Part shown: positions 1 through 11,557 of the stretch, in pieces
Numbering within the stretch: position 1 is the first letter of the stretch
Layout of the letters: each line of letters opens with the position of its first letter
Assembly: GCA_043741435.1 (NCBI GenBank)
Contig: JAYUBF010000316.1
Coordinates: forward strand, 1-28,932
DNA: 28,932 nt
Reading direction: 5' to 3'
Source of the DNA: Myxococcales bacterium
Lineage (GTDB): Bacteria; Myxococcota_A; Polyangia; Palsa-1104
The notes under the pieces: generated by a model
Seen by the model: only the letters and a program-made list of their open reading frames with translations
What the model was told of the DNA's origin: nothing
Databases searched by the model: none
Program-made: the position numbers and the translations under genes

Positions 1-120
1 CCAGAGTCGCGCGGAGCGCGAGTCAAAACTGAGCAGCCAAAGGCTGCGTCGCGGCGAAGTCGCCGCGTGAGCAGGGTGGGACCCTGACGGCTCCGCCGAC
101 AGGGCGGGCGGCACGCCCGA

Positions 121-176
121 GGAGATAGACTAAACACCAACGCAACGTTTGATCTCCGAACGATGCGTTGCTGTTT
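121..176 (-). terminator. Imperfect 16-bp stem hairpin (AAACACCAACGCAACG / CGATGCGTTGCTGTTT, 14/16 pairs) nested with GGAGAT/ATCTCC, 20-75 nt downstream of the minus-strand small gene; candidate intrinsic terminator or structured 3' element
   Basis: Inverted repeats read directly from sequence; stem ends in GUUU on both strands; no long U-tract. Confidence 0.3.
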
Positions 177-196
177 AGCGCGCGAACCTCCGCGGC

Positions 197-526
197 TCAA
201 CGAGCGCGATGATCCGCCGGCGCGACCGTGATGCTGCGTGGTACTTCGTGCGGCACCACGGGGATGACATGGTCGGCGTCACACCGCGCGCGACAGGCCT
301 TCAGTTGGAGGTCCGAGGCTTTCGTCATGATCGCTGTCTGCTCGCATTGGTCACGACATTCATCGAGCGCGTGGCGTGCTTCTGCGACCTGCTTGGGGTT
401 CGAGGCAGCCGGGTGCGGGACGGGCGCAGGCGCGCCGGCAGGAAGGCCGGGAAGCTGGATCCCGGCGGTGTAGCGGCCTGCCAGGAACGCGATCGATATA
501 ACCATCGATAATAGTAGGACTTTCAT
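197..526 (-). CDS. Small secreted protein (signal peptide MKVLLLSMVISIAFLAG) with twin Cx3C motifs (CRDQC ... CRARC); hypothetical
   Basis: ORF 197..553 minus; ATG at 526 gives a classic signal peptide; the 5' end of the coding region is unusually AT-rich for this genome. Confidence 0.45.
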   Translation of the reverse strand: MKVLLLSMVISIAFLAGRYTAGIQLPGLPAGAPAPVPHPAASNPKQVAEARHALDECRDQCEQTAIMTKASDLQLKACRARCDADHVIPVVPHEVPRSITVAPADHRAR

Positions 527-558
527 CCTAGTCACTGACCCACGAAGCCCCATCCTAG

Positions 559-3683
<3,125 letters not shown>

Positions 3684-3754
3684 AGCTTGCGGTCGCGCTT
3701 GTCACGGATCGTGTGCGTGCCGATCCGCCCTTTGAGCGTGGCTTTGAGCGATGG

Positions 3755-3889
3755 CTACGTGACGAGCGGGACCAGGTACGCAACCTTCCCCTTTGCGATC
3801 ACGTCGACCAACGATCCTGCGCGCAGGCCAAGCGCTTCGCGGACCGCCTTGGGCACGACCACTTGGAACTTGGGAGAGACCTTCAGCAC
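3755..3889 (-). CDS. vapB: SpoVT/AbrB-type antitoxin VapB (44 aa, below ORF-track size cutoff)
   Basis: Hand translation of minus strand: V(GTG)LKVSPKFQVVVPKAVREALGLRAGSLVDVIAKGKVAYLVPLVT*; swapped-hairpin AbrB fold signature; located immediately upstream of vapC. Confidence 0.6.
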   Translation of the reverse strand: MLKVSPKFQVVVPKAVREALGLRAGSLVDVIAKGKVAYLVPLVT

Positions 3890-3895
3890 TCGACA

Positions 3896-3923
3896 AGTTT
3901 AACGACACGACGATCGATGTCAA
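3896..3923 (-). promoter_or_regulatory. Putative vapBC promoter: -35 TTGACA (3918..3923, minus) N16, -10 TAAACT (3896..3901); overlaps GACA-N10-TGTC inverted repeat with central CGATCG (candidate autoregulation operator)
   Basis: Hexamers and inverted repeat read from sequence; region is locally AT-rich. Confidence 0.25.
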
Positions 3924-3968
3924 ATGCGTTGAACCTCGTCGACTAAAGCGTCACAGACTCCATTGCGA

Positions 3969-4184
3969 TCAGGCGGCCCACGTGAGCGACAGCTTCCTTC
4001 GGTGACGGACGCAGTCGAGCAGGTAGAGATCGATGAGCTTCTGGTACGGGAGGTTTGTCTCTGCCGCCAGCTTCTTGAAGTAGTCGATCACCGTCGGACT
4101 GAAGTTGATTCCGACGGCCTTCTTCTTGCCGGCGTAGGCGTTCTTGACCTCGCGCATCTTGGCGAATTCATATTCCTTCTTCAT
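3969..4184 (-). CDS. brnA: BrnA antitoxin (CopG/RHH-like, type II TA)
   Basis: 71 aa; INFSPTVIDYFKKLAAETNLPYQKLIDLYL matches BrnA family; AAGGAG RBS 10 nt upstream; overlaps brnT 3' end by 17 nt. Confidence 0.75.
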   Translation of the reverse strand: MKKEYEFAKMREVKNAYAGKKKAVGINFSPTVIDYFKKLAAETNLPYQKLIDLYLLDCVRHRRKLSLTWAA

Positions 4185-4452
4185 AGGTCTTGCTCTCCTT
4201 CCGGGTCGCTTTCCGAGCCGAGATGATACGGACGATTGAGTCTGCCGCGCTGTGGCCGTGCACGACGACGAGCAACCGAGGTGCGGAGCTCAGCCCGAGG
4301 ATCACGAAGCGGTCCTCACGGTCGGAGTGATCGTCGTCGTAGAACACCCGCGCCTGCGAATCCTCGAAGACAGACTGCGCTTCCTCAAACCACACCTTGT
4401 GCTTCGCCCGGTTCTGCTTGTTCTTCTGCTTGTCCCATTCGAACCGGAGCAT
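4168..4452 (-). CDS. brnT: BrnT toxin (DUF497 ribonuclease toxin, type II TA)
   Basis: MLRFEWDKQKNKQNRAKHKVWFEEAQSVFED...IVRIISARKATRKESKTYEE is a clear DUF497/BrnT pattern; the track ORF is over-extended upstream; ATG at 4452. Confidence 0.8.
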   Translation of the reverse strand: MLRFEWDKQKNKQNRAKHKVWFEEAQSVFEDSQARVFYDDDHSDREDRFVILGLSSAPRLLVVVHGHSAADSIVRIISARKATRKESKTYEEGI

Positions 4453-4477
4453 TAATCTAGATATTATATAGATTAAT
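4451..4477. promoter_or_regulatory. AT-rich perfect 9-bp inverted repeat ATTAATCTA-N9-TAGATTAAT containing a consensus TATAAT (minus strand) ending 10 nt before the brnT ATG; putative brnTA promoter/operator, possibly leaderless transcript
   Basis: 27-bp 100% AT-rich palindrome in a ~68% GC genome directly abutting the brnT start; upstream TTGGCA -35-like hexamer. Confidence 0.5.
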
Positions 4478-4489
4478 GGAATCTGCCAA

Positions 4490-5095
4490 GTGGCAAAGGC
4501 GAAACGAGGTCTCGAAGGTTTGCCAGTAGGCGCGCGTTGGCGTCTCTTGCCTCTGTCGCGAAGCGATGCTCTGGTAGCGCGCATGGCTCCCTCCGCCGAT
4601 CTCGCCGAACGATTCCTCGAGCAGCTCTTCGACGCCACCGGGCCTGCACCCGCCGTCGACTGGGATCGCTTCCGTATGATGCAGCTCATCCCGGGCACCG
4701 CCGGCGCACCCGATGTAAATGCGCGCGATCAGCTGGTCGCGCGGGGTTTCGTCGAGATCGCAAAGGGTTCGTTCAACGCAGAATCCGAGCGTCGCTCGTT
4801 ATCGTCGCTGCGCGCACTTTTCGAGCAGATCGTCGGTGCGCAGTACAAGGTTGTCGCGTTCGACAATCCGATGGTCGGCGCCCTGCGACAAGGACCCACG
4901 CCGGGCGCGCCGCCGAACCTTGCGCGCCTCCTGTCCGCCGTATCGGACATCGTGACGAACGCCGAGCCCATCACCATCCGTTCCGATGGTGACGTGCTCG
5001 GTGAACGGCTCATGACGTTGCTGTTCGTGAACGGAAAGTACGTGGGCTTCCTACCGGGCCGACGCGAGGTTGCGCCAGGCGCCGCGAAGGCCTAG
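4490..5095 (+). CDS. Hypothetical protein (201 aa from GTG 4490; alternative ATG 4583); no recognisable domain
   Basis: ORF divergent from brnT; stop codon overlaps the stop of the convergent flotillin gene (CTAG). Confidence 0.35.
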   Translation: MAKAKRGLEGLPVGARWRLLPLSRSDALVARMAPSADLAERFLEQLFDATGPAPAVDWDRFRMMQLIPGTAGAPDVNARDQLVARGFVEIAKGSFNAESERRSLSSLRALFEQIVGAQYKVVAFDNPMVGALRQGPTPGAPPNLARLLSAVSDIVTNAEPITIRSDGDVLGERLMTLLFVNGKYVGFLPGRREVAPGAAKA

Positions 5096-7152
5096 ACCTT
5101 CGCGACGGGCGGCGCCGCGATGCGTGCCTGCAGACCTTGACGAATGGCCTCGGCGGCAGCCGAGCGAGGACCGATCGCCGCTTCGCCGATCAGTGATTCA
5201 CCGACCTTGTCGGACAGCAGCATGGCGAGGAGCGCCTCCATCACGTTGCCGTTGCCACCCTTGCCGTCGGCGCCGCTGCCGCCGATCACGATCTTCGGCA
5301 CCACGTCGACGCCTGCGGCCTGGATGGCCTCGGCGAAGCGACTCATCACGCTCTGCGTGAGCTGGAACCGCGGCCCACCGTAGGCGCGGACCTGCTCCTC
5401 GACGGCGAGCGCCTGCGCGACACCGACGCGGGCCACGCGCTCGGCTTCGGCACCGGCGAGCAGCTCGATCTTCGAGGCCTCGCCTTCACCATGCAGACGC
5501 GTGCGGTCACGCTCGGCTTGCGCCATGACTTGAATCTGTGCCGCCTGTTGCTGCGCGCGCGCAAAGTCGGCCTTGCCCTGGTTGGCCTGCACGGTGATGG
5601 ACAGCTCCGACTCGGTGATGTGCGTCTGCTGTTTCGCGCGCGACTCGGCTTCGCGTAGCTCGCGCTCCTTCACGGCCGCCTTCTCCTGCCGGCTGTAGGT
5701 CTCGACTTGCTCCTCGGCGATCTGACGAGAGCGCAGCTGCGTGAGGATCTGCTCGATCTGTCCACCTTGGCCCGACGGTGTGCCGATGAGGACTTCCTGG
5801 AGCTCGAGGCTGTACGCGGCGAACTTGGTGCGCATCTCGGAGCCCGACTGATCTTGGATCGCCGAGCGATCTTGGATGAGCTGGATCAGCGTGCGCGTCT
5901 GGCCGATGTTCTTGAAGTACGCGGCCACCATCGGGTCGAGCGTCTGCTCGACGAGGCGCTTGATGTCACCGAAGCGCTGCACCACGAGCGGCGCCTTGCG
6001 ATAGTCGATGTGCACGACGACGCTGAGCGGCAGTGACGGCTCGAAGGCGTCCTTCGTGATGAGCGACACCTCGGCGAGGTTCTCGTCGAACTTGTGCGCG
6101 CCGGTCTCGGTGCGGTTCCACTTCAGGATGAAGTTGGTGGTGGGCACGATGATGACCTTGCCCGCGTATGTGTTGAACGCGTACTTGCCGGGCAAGAGTG
6201 GCTCGTTCCACACGCCGCGCAGGCCCTTGCCGACCATCTCTCCGTGGCGATACCCCTCGCCCGACAGATCGGTGCCCTTCGTCCCGGTGTAGGAGACCAC
6301 GACGCCCACGTTGCCGACGTCGATCACGGTCTTCGGCACCGCCTCGACGGTGGCGAACAAGCGATTGATGTAATACGTGCCCTCGGCAAGCACCTGCAGC
6401 TGACGGCCACGATTACCGCCGGCGCGGAGGAAGCGCTCCGGATCTTGAAAGCTCGCGTGGAACGTCTCGGGTACGCTCGGATCGTCACCAATGGTGGGCG
6501 CGATGATCTCACCATCGGGCAGCGACGGGCCGTCGTGTACCGTCACGACACCGATCGCATCGTCGGCGCCTTGGATGACGATGGGCACAAAGCCCCAACG
6601 CTCGTTGAGGAGCTGTGCCATCGCGGCGAACACCTTCTCCTCCTCTTTCTGGAGCTGGTGATAGAACACGCCGCGCTCGGTGATGACGGCGAACTGCGCG
6701 AGGTTGATGGCGTAGGTGCCTTCCCGCAACAGCTTGCGCTGAGGACCGCGTTGACCGCCCTTGCGCAAGAACGCTTCGACGTCTTGGAAGTCGTCGGCGT
6801 CGACGTTGCTGGCGAGTGTTTGGTTGTTGGGCAACTGTTGTCCGTCACGCGCGAACAAGTAGCCGAGGTGACCCTGACCGATCGTCACGAGCGGCTGTAT
6901 ATGCACCGAGTAGACGAACATCGGGAGGAAGTGCACGCCACCGCGCAGCACATGCGGCTGAAAGCCGGCCTCGCCGCGGAGCGCGATGATGCCGCTCTTG
7001 ATGGACCCGCGCGGCGAGAACCGCTTCTCGACGATGCCGACCTTGGAGTTGGGGATGAAGCGGATCGATCCGAACAGGTAGAGCGCGACGAGCCCGCCCA
7101 ACACGTACACCAACGTCATCCACGTACTGTCTGCCATGACCTGCGAGAACAT
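5092..7152 (-). CDS. Flotillin-family SPFH/band-7 protein (YqiK-like), N-terminal TM anchor, long coiled-coil
   Basis: 686 aa; N-terminal hydrophobic segment, SPFH domain, EA-rich coiled coil (AEEQVETYSRQEKAAVKERELREAESRAKQQ...), typical flotillin architecture. Confidence 0.8.
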   Translation of the reverse strand: MFSQVMADSTWMTLVYVLGGLVALYLFGSIRFIPNSKVGIVEKRFSPRGSIKSGIIALRGEAGFQPHVLRGGVHFLPMFVYSVHIQPLVTIGQGHLGYLFARDGQQLPNNQTLASNVDADDFQDVEAFLRKGGQRGPQRKLLREGTYAINLAQFAVITERGVFYHQLQKEEEKVFAAMAQLLNERWGFVPIVIQGADDAIGVVTVHDGPSLPDGEIIAPTIGDDPSVPETFHASFQDPERFLRAGGNRGRQLQVLAEGTYYINRLFATVEAVPKTVIDVGNVGVVVSYTGTKGTDLSGEGYRHGEMVGKGLRGVWNEPLLPGKYAFNTYAGKVIIVPTTNFILKWNRTETGAHKFDENLAEVSLITKDAFEPSLPLSVVVHIDYRKAPLVVQRFGDIKRLVEQTLDPMVAAYFKNIGQTRTLIQLIQDRSAIQDQSGSEMRTKFAAYSLELQEVLIGTPSGQGGQIEQILTQLRSRQIAEEQVETYSRQEKAAVKERELREAESRAKQQTHITESELSITVQANQGKADFARAQQQAAQIQVMAQAERDRTRLHGEGEASKIELLAGAEAERVARVGVAQALAVEEQVRAYGGPRFQLTQSVMSRFAEAIQAAGVDVVPKIVIGGSGADGKGGNGNVMEALLAMLLSDKVGESLIGEAAIGPRSAAAEAIRQGLQARIAAPPVAKV

Positions 7153-7173
7153 GACGGCACTCCATTTGAGAGA

Positions 7174-7198
7174 CGGACACGGCTATGTGCCGTGTCCG
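7174..7198 (-). promoter_or_regulatory. 9-bp perfect stem hairpin (CGGACACGG-N7-CCGTGTCCG) 23-47 nt upstream of flotillin ATG and ~55 nt downstream of the AAA+ gene stop; terminator/attenuator or 5'UTR structure
   Basis: Inverted repeat read from sequence; followed on the minus strand by UCUCUC then GGAG RBS. Confidence 0.3.
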
Positions 7199-7250
7199 AG
7201 AACCATGTGGCCTTTTGCCTCACGGATGCGTGGATAACGTGTGCGAGCTG

Positions 7251-8159
7251 CTAGCCGCGTGGATCGGCGAGCGCCCTGCTGATGTCGTGGGCGACGACCT
7301 GTTTGCCATCCGAGTAGAGGAACAACGCGCGCTCGATCACGATCTCGAGCTCGCGGAAATTGCCCGGCCAACGCTGCACCCGCAGGAGGTCGAGGGCGTC
7401 TTGCTGGATGACGACGGTGCCCGTCGCGCCGGTCTCGCCTTCGAGGACGACGTTCGCGGGAAGGCCCCGCTGCGTACGCACGCGATTCGCCATCCAGCGT
7501 GCCGCGGCGGGCACGTCTTCCGGACGCTCGCGCAAGGGCGGCAGCACGAAGTCGAGGCGCGCGAGCTTGTGATAAAGGTCGTGGCGGAAGCGACCCGCGG
7601 CCACTTCAGTTGCGATGTTGCCGTCGGTGATCACGAAGATGTTGAGCTGCGTGCGGCGCTCGCGGACCTCGCCGTCGCGCGTGTAGCGCCCGCTCTTGAC
7701 GAGCTCCAGCAAGCGACGCTGGAGCTGGGGTGCAAGACCAATGACCTCGTCGAGCACCAGCGTGCCGCCATCGGCCTCGGCGACGGCACCTTCGGTGGAA
7801 CGGTCGCCTTTGTGCGTTGGCGCGGCGCCGAATAGCTCGTCGGACACGACGGCCTCGGGGCGACCGGAGGTGGACACGGTGACGAGCGGTCCACCGTCGG
7901 GATGCATGAGCTCGTGGAGAGTGTGAGCGAGGCCTTCTTTGCCGCAGCCGGGCTCGCCCGCGATGACGGCGTTCGTGGTGTACGCGCGAGCGCGCAGGCG
8001 CTCGAGCACGTCGATGATGTAACGCACCGACGGGTGAGGAGACGCGAGCCGTACTAGACCAGCCTCCGATCCCTTGTTGCGCTTGCTGCTGAATGCGCCT
8101 GCAGTGACCTCACCGAGCGAGGCTGCGTCTTTGCTCTTCTTGGACATGTGGACTCTCAT
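7251..8159 (-). CDS. Sigma-54-activator-like AAA+ ATPase lacking GAFTGA motif, receiver domain and C-terminal HTH
   Basis: Walker A GEPGCGKE, ELFG...GGTLVLDEV, FRHDLYHKLARLDFVLPPLRERPEDVP, WPGNFRELE are all bEBP AAA+ hallmarks; GAFTGA position reads AAPTHKGDRSTEG; protein ends ~35 aa after WPGNxREL so no DNA-binding HTH. Confidence 0.75.
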   Translation of the reverse strand: MRVHMSKKSKDAASLGEVTAGAFSSKRNKGSEAGLVRLASPHPSVRYIIDVLERLRARAYTTNAVIAGEPGCGKEGLAHTLHELMHPDGGPLVTVSTSGRPEAVVSDELFGAAPTHKGDRSTEGAVAEADGGTLVLDEVIGLAPQLQRRLLELVKSGRYTRDGEVRERRTQLNIFVITDGNIATEVAAGRFRHDLYHKLARLDFVLPPLRERPEDVPAAARWMANRVRTQRGLPANVVLEGETGATGTVVIQQDALDLLRVQRWPGNFRELEIVIERALFLYSDGKQVVAHDISRALADPRG

Positions 8160-8176
8160 ATGAGGCGGGAGAAGCG

Positions 8177-8617
8177 TTAGCGCGAGAAGCCGAGCAGCTG
8201 ATCCATCGTCTGCTGATCAGCGTCGGGAAACGGATACTGCTCGAACTCGGCCGAGGCCACCCAGCGGAAGTCCTTCACGCGCCGAGCGACGAGCGGCTTG
8301 CCCTCGACGAGGGTGGCTTCATACAGCGCGAGCGCGACGCGATAGCCGTCGTACTCGTGCACCTTCTCGCCGAGCTTGCGGCCGATCTTGCCGTCGGCGT
8401 CGAGGCGCTCCTTGAGCTCGCGACGGAGCGCGTCCTCGTCGGCCTCGTTGGGCTCGACCTTGCCACCCGGGAACTCCCACAGGAGCGAGAGCACCGCTTG
8501 ATCCCGGCGCTGGGTGATGAGGTAGCGACCTTCGCGCTCGACGACGGCGGCCACCACGCGCACGGTTTTTTTGCCGACGACATCTGACACGACGATCTCC
8601 TTCGCCTGGGAATACAT
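8177..8617 (-). CDS. NUDIX hydrolase (MutT/NudG-like)
   Basis: Nudix box WEFPGGKVEPNEADEDALRRELKERL; ATG at 8617 (track ORF extends to 8674 via alternative starts). Confidence 0.75.
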   Translation of the reverse strand: MYSQAKEIVVSDVVGKKTVRVVAAVVEREGRYLITQRRDQAVLSLLWEFPGGKVEPNEADEDALRRELKERLDADGKIGRKLGEKVHEYDGYRVALALYEATLVEGKPLVARRVKDFRWVASAEFEQYPFPDADQQTMDQLLGFSR

Positions 8618-8687
8618 CCCCACGCGTGTTCCGAAATACACATCCGAGAATTTGAGGAATCGGCATCGTAGCACGACGCCAGCCTGC

Positions 8688-9809
8688 CTAGCCGCCCTTG
8701 GTCGCGAACAAGATGAAGAGCGCGAGCACGACGGTGATCGCCGTGACGAACGCCGCGATCTTCAACCACGAATAAGGCGCCTTACCCTGCACCTCGCCGG
8801 TCTGGCCGTTCACGAGGAAGCGATACACGTCGCCCCGATAGCGATACGCCGCGATCCAGATCGGCAGCAGCACGTGCTTGAACGTGAGCTCCGAGTACGT
8901 CGATGTCACGTCGAGCAGGCGCTGCGTGTCGCCGGGGACATCGCCGCTGCAGCGTGAGCGCTGGTCCTCGTCGATGCGCAGCTTCGCGGATTCGAAACCT
9001 ACTTTCAGGTCGACCGCGTACTCCTCGGCGCGCCAACCCGCGAGATAGCCCGGCGTGTAGGGCACGAGCGCGCTCATGTCGAACGACTTCAGCGAGTCGG
9101 CCAGTGCCTTGGGAAGCCCGACCGACGCGCACACGAGAACGTCGTCGTAGTCGTCGCTGCGCTGGCCCCAGGCGGACTCCCAGCGCGTGTGGCGTACCTC
9201 CCGCGTGCGGGTCTCGGTCTCGCCGCTGACCACCACCTCGTAGTCCTCGGTGACGGTGTAGTGATAGCCGGCATCCGCGGTCCAGCTGGACTCGACGTGT
9301 GCGTCGTACGTCCAGAACGGCACGTACACACCGACGAGATCTTGCACCTTGGCGAGGGTCTTCAAGTCATTCGGGCGGAACCAGAGCTTGCGCATCCACT
9401 TGCCGAACGCAGCGTTCGCGACTTTGATGTCGACGGTGAACGGCACCAATGACTCGGGCCGCAGGAGCGTACGCGCCTCCTCGACCCAGACGGCTGCGGC
9501 ACCGCAGAACGCGCAACGGGTGGCGATCTTGTTGTCGGTGAAGTGCATCGTCGCGCCGCATTCTTTGCAACGCGAGACCTTGTCCGTCTGCACGCCGAGC
9601 CCGTGCGGCATCGCGTCGAGGCCAGCGAACAGGTCGTGCTCGACGATGGCGCCCTTGCCACCCGGCACCTTGCGCGTGGCACCGCAGAAGCTGCACTTCA
9701 GGAGCTTGCTGACGGCGTCGTAGTGCTGCTCGCCGCTGCAGGCCTCGCACTTCCACTGCACCGTGGCGTCGGTCTTCGCGAGCGCCGTCTCGGCGGGATC
9801 GTTTCCCAT
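8688..9809 (-). CDS. Double zinc-ribbon membrane protein (two CxxC-X-CxxC ribbons N-terminal, conserved middle domain, single C-terminal TM); resembles Bacillus YdjG-type PspA-operon proteins
   Basis: CEACSG...CSFCG and CKECG...CAFCG; motifs GVYVPFW, HVLLPIW, NGQTGE; C-terminal WLKIAAFVTAITVVLALFILF. Confidence 0.55.
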   Translation of the reverse strand: MGNDPAETALAKTDATVQWKCEACSGEQHYDAVSKLLKCSFCGATRKVPGGKGAIVEHDLFAGLDAMPHGLGVQTDKVSRCKECGATMHFTDNKIATRCAFCGAAAVWVEEARTLLRPESLVPFTVDIKVANAAFGKWMRKLWFRPNDLKTLAKVQDLVGVYVPFWTYDAHVESSWTADAGYHYTVTEDYEVVVSGETETRTREVRHTRWESAWGQRSDDYDDVLVCASVGLPKALADSLKSFDMSALVPYTPGYLAGWRAEEYAVDLKVGFESAKLRIDEDQRSRCSGDVPGDTQRLLDVTSTYSELTFKHVLLPIWIAAYRYRGDVYRFLVNGQTGEVQGKAPYSWLKIAAFVTAITVVLALFILFATKGG

Positions 9810-9903
9810 GGGTCACGCAGTGTAGCCCGTCTGCACGCGGTTCGAGACTGCGCTATCCTTCAGCCCGACCGCGATCGGCACACCCACCTTGGAGGACGGC
9901 TAC

Positions 9904-11037
9904 ATGGGCATTTTCGACTTCGTGAAAAAAGGCGCGCAAGAGCTCTTCATCGCGCGACCCGACGAAGCCAAGGGGATGATCGTCTTCAAGCACCCCGACC
10001 AAACGGTGCCGAACAAGGCACAAATCACCGTCGGTCAGGACGAGTGCGCGTTGTTCTACAAGGACGGCCAGTTCGTCGGTCGCGTCGACGCGGGTGTGCA
10101 TAAGCTCGAGACGGGCAACATCCCGTTCCTCAACCGCCTCGTCGACACCTTCACGGGCGGCAACCTCTATCGCGCGGAGCTGTGGTTCGTCTCGCTGCGT
10201 GAAGCTGGTGGCTGGCGCTTCGGGGGTCGCATCGGCGACGTGGAAGATCCGAAGTCGGGTCTCGCCATCCAGCTCATGGTTCATGGCGAGTTCTCGGTCC
10301 AGACGGAAGACCCGATGAAGCTCATCGCGTTCTTCGGTCAACGTTCATGGTCCACCACGGAAGAGTTCGACGGCTGGTTCAAGAGCCTCGTGCTGAAGGT
10401 CATCCGTGATCGCATCGCCGAGCTGTGCGTGAAGCAGAACGTACCTCTCCTCAATGTGACGTCGGGAGCGCTCACCGAAGAGGTGGAGGAAGTGGTGCTG
10501 AAGGGCATCGCGCCGCAGCTCTCGCCCTACGGCATGAAGGCCGTGCGCCTCGGCAACTTCGTCGTGTCGATGAAGGAAGAGGACGAGATCCAGCTGAAGG
10601 CGCTCTATAAGGACGCCGCGCAGATCCGTATGGCGCAAGGCGCCAACATGGGCGCGTACCAGCAGTTCGCCGCGGGCAAGGCGATGATGGGCGCGGCCGA
10701 CGGGATGGCCAAAGGGGGCGACGGCGGAGGCGGTGGCAATCCGATGCTGGGCGGTGCCGGCCTCGGTGTGGGCCTCGGGATGGCGCAGATGTTCAACCAA
10801 TCGAACCAGGCCGCGCAGCAGCCAGCGGTTGCGCCGGCCGCGGCTGCACCCCAGTCACAGCTGCGTGCGCTGCTGCAGACGGCGCAAGCCAAGGTGGCCG
10901 GTGTGGCGGACGCCGATACCAAGACGCGGCTCGAGGGCATGATCCGCGACCTCAAGGGCGCCGTCGCCAAGGGCGACAAGGCGAAGCAGGGCGAGCTCGA
11001 GACCGAGCTTCAAGATCTGCTGTTCGTCTTGGAGTAG
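9904..11037 (+). CDS. SPFH/Band_7_1-family protein (YdjI-like), Gly-rich linker and C-terminal coiled-coil
   Basis: Starts MGIFDFVKKG with GGAGGA RBS 7 nt upstream; pattern typical of the Band_7_1 subfamily; divergent from the zinc-ribbon gene. Confidence 0.65.
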   Translation: MGIFDFVKKGAQELFIARPDEAKGMIVFKHPDQTVPNKAQITVGQDECALFYKDGQFVGRVDAGVHKLETGNIPFLNRLVDTFTGGNLYRAELWFVSLREAGGWRFGGRIGDVEDPKSGLAIQLMVHGEFSVQTEDPMKLIAFFGQRSWSTTEEFDGWFKSLVLKVIRDRIAELCVKQNVPLLNVTSGALTEEVEEVVLKGIAPQLSPYGMKAVRLGNFVVSMKEEDEIQLKALYKDAAQIRMAQGANMGAYQQFAAGKAMMGAADGMAKGGDGGGGGNPMLGGAGLGVGLGMAQMFNQSNQAAQQPAVAPAAAAPQSQLRALLQTAQAKVAGVADADTKTRLEGMIRDLKGAVAKGDKAKQGELETELQDLLFVLE

Positions 11038-11164
11038 GGTCCCGAGACGATGGATCCGCGGGCCACACGCCCGGGTCGGCGGACCTCAGCACGTCGCCCT
11101 TCCGAGAAGTAAATGGCTGTTGCTGCGCGCTCGCGCCGAGCGCTGCGGCCCGTTTCGACGGGCG

Positions 11165-11557
11165 TTACTTCTCTCGCAGCAGGTACAAGCGGATCTTCGT
11201 CAGGTAGAGTCGCTCGAGCGCGACGCCTTTCTTCACGATCGCCATGTCGACCAGCGAATCGATCGGGTTCGTGGGCGACACCTCGACCGCGTCGCAGCGC
11301 TTCTCGAGCGCGTCGAGCTCGGCGAGCCGATTTGCCACTGCCGGCGCGCTCACGTTCATCAGGCGATCGTCGAAGCGGTGATCGCCCATGAACGCAGCGA
11401 GGTGAGGCCGAAAGCGGAACATCCCGTCGAGATACGCCGTGGAGATCGCGGCGACGTCCGCCTTGGCCGAAGGCGCCACGCGCGCGTGTGCCGCGGTGGG
11501 CGCGGTGGCGATCGCCAGACCGACGCCGAACAGACCAATGGTGAGGAGGGTGCGCAT
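11165..11557 (-). pseudogene. N-terminal ~130-aa fragment of a DUF885-family secreted protein (full-length members ~550-600 aa); truncated remnant
   Basis: Signal peptide plus FMGDHRFDDRLMNVSAPAVANRLAELDALEKRCDAV resembles the DUF885 N-terminus; the downstream in-frame continuation is unrelated Arg/Pro-rich junk and only ~125 nt remain before the next gene. Confidence 0.4.

Noticed and set aside
488-540. Possible DnaA boxes / oriC near gyrB (TTATCGATG, TTATATCGA)
   Set aside because: Only weak matches to TTATCCACA, no cluster of boxes or AT-rich DUE, and no dnaA/dnaN nearby
6094-7254. 386-aa ORF antisense to flotillin, and many 60-250-aa Arg/Pro-rich ORFs throughout
   Set aside because: Same high-GC artefact; none has a start context or composition of a real protein
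8155-8164. Perfect 10-bp palindrome CTCATATGAG overlapping the first ATG of the AAA+ gene
   Set aside because: Short, single occurrence, and explicable by chance around an ATG; no partner site found
9830-9860. GGTTCGAGAC motif resembling a tRNA T-loop
   Set aside because: No acceptor stem, anticodon arm or cloverleaf could be built around it
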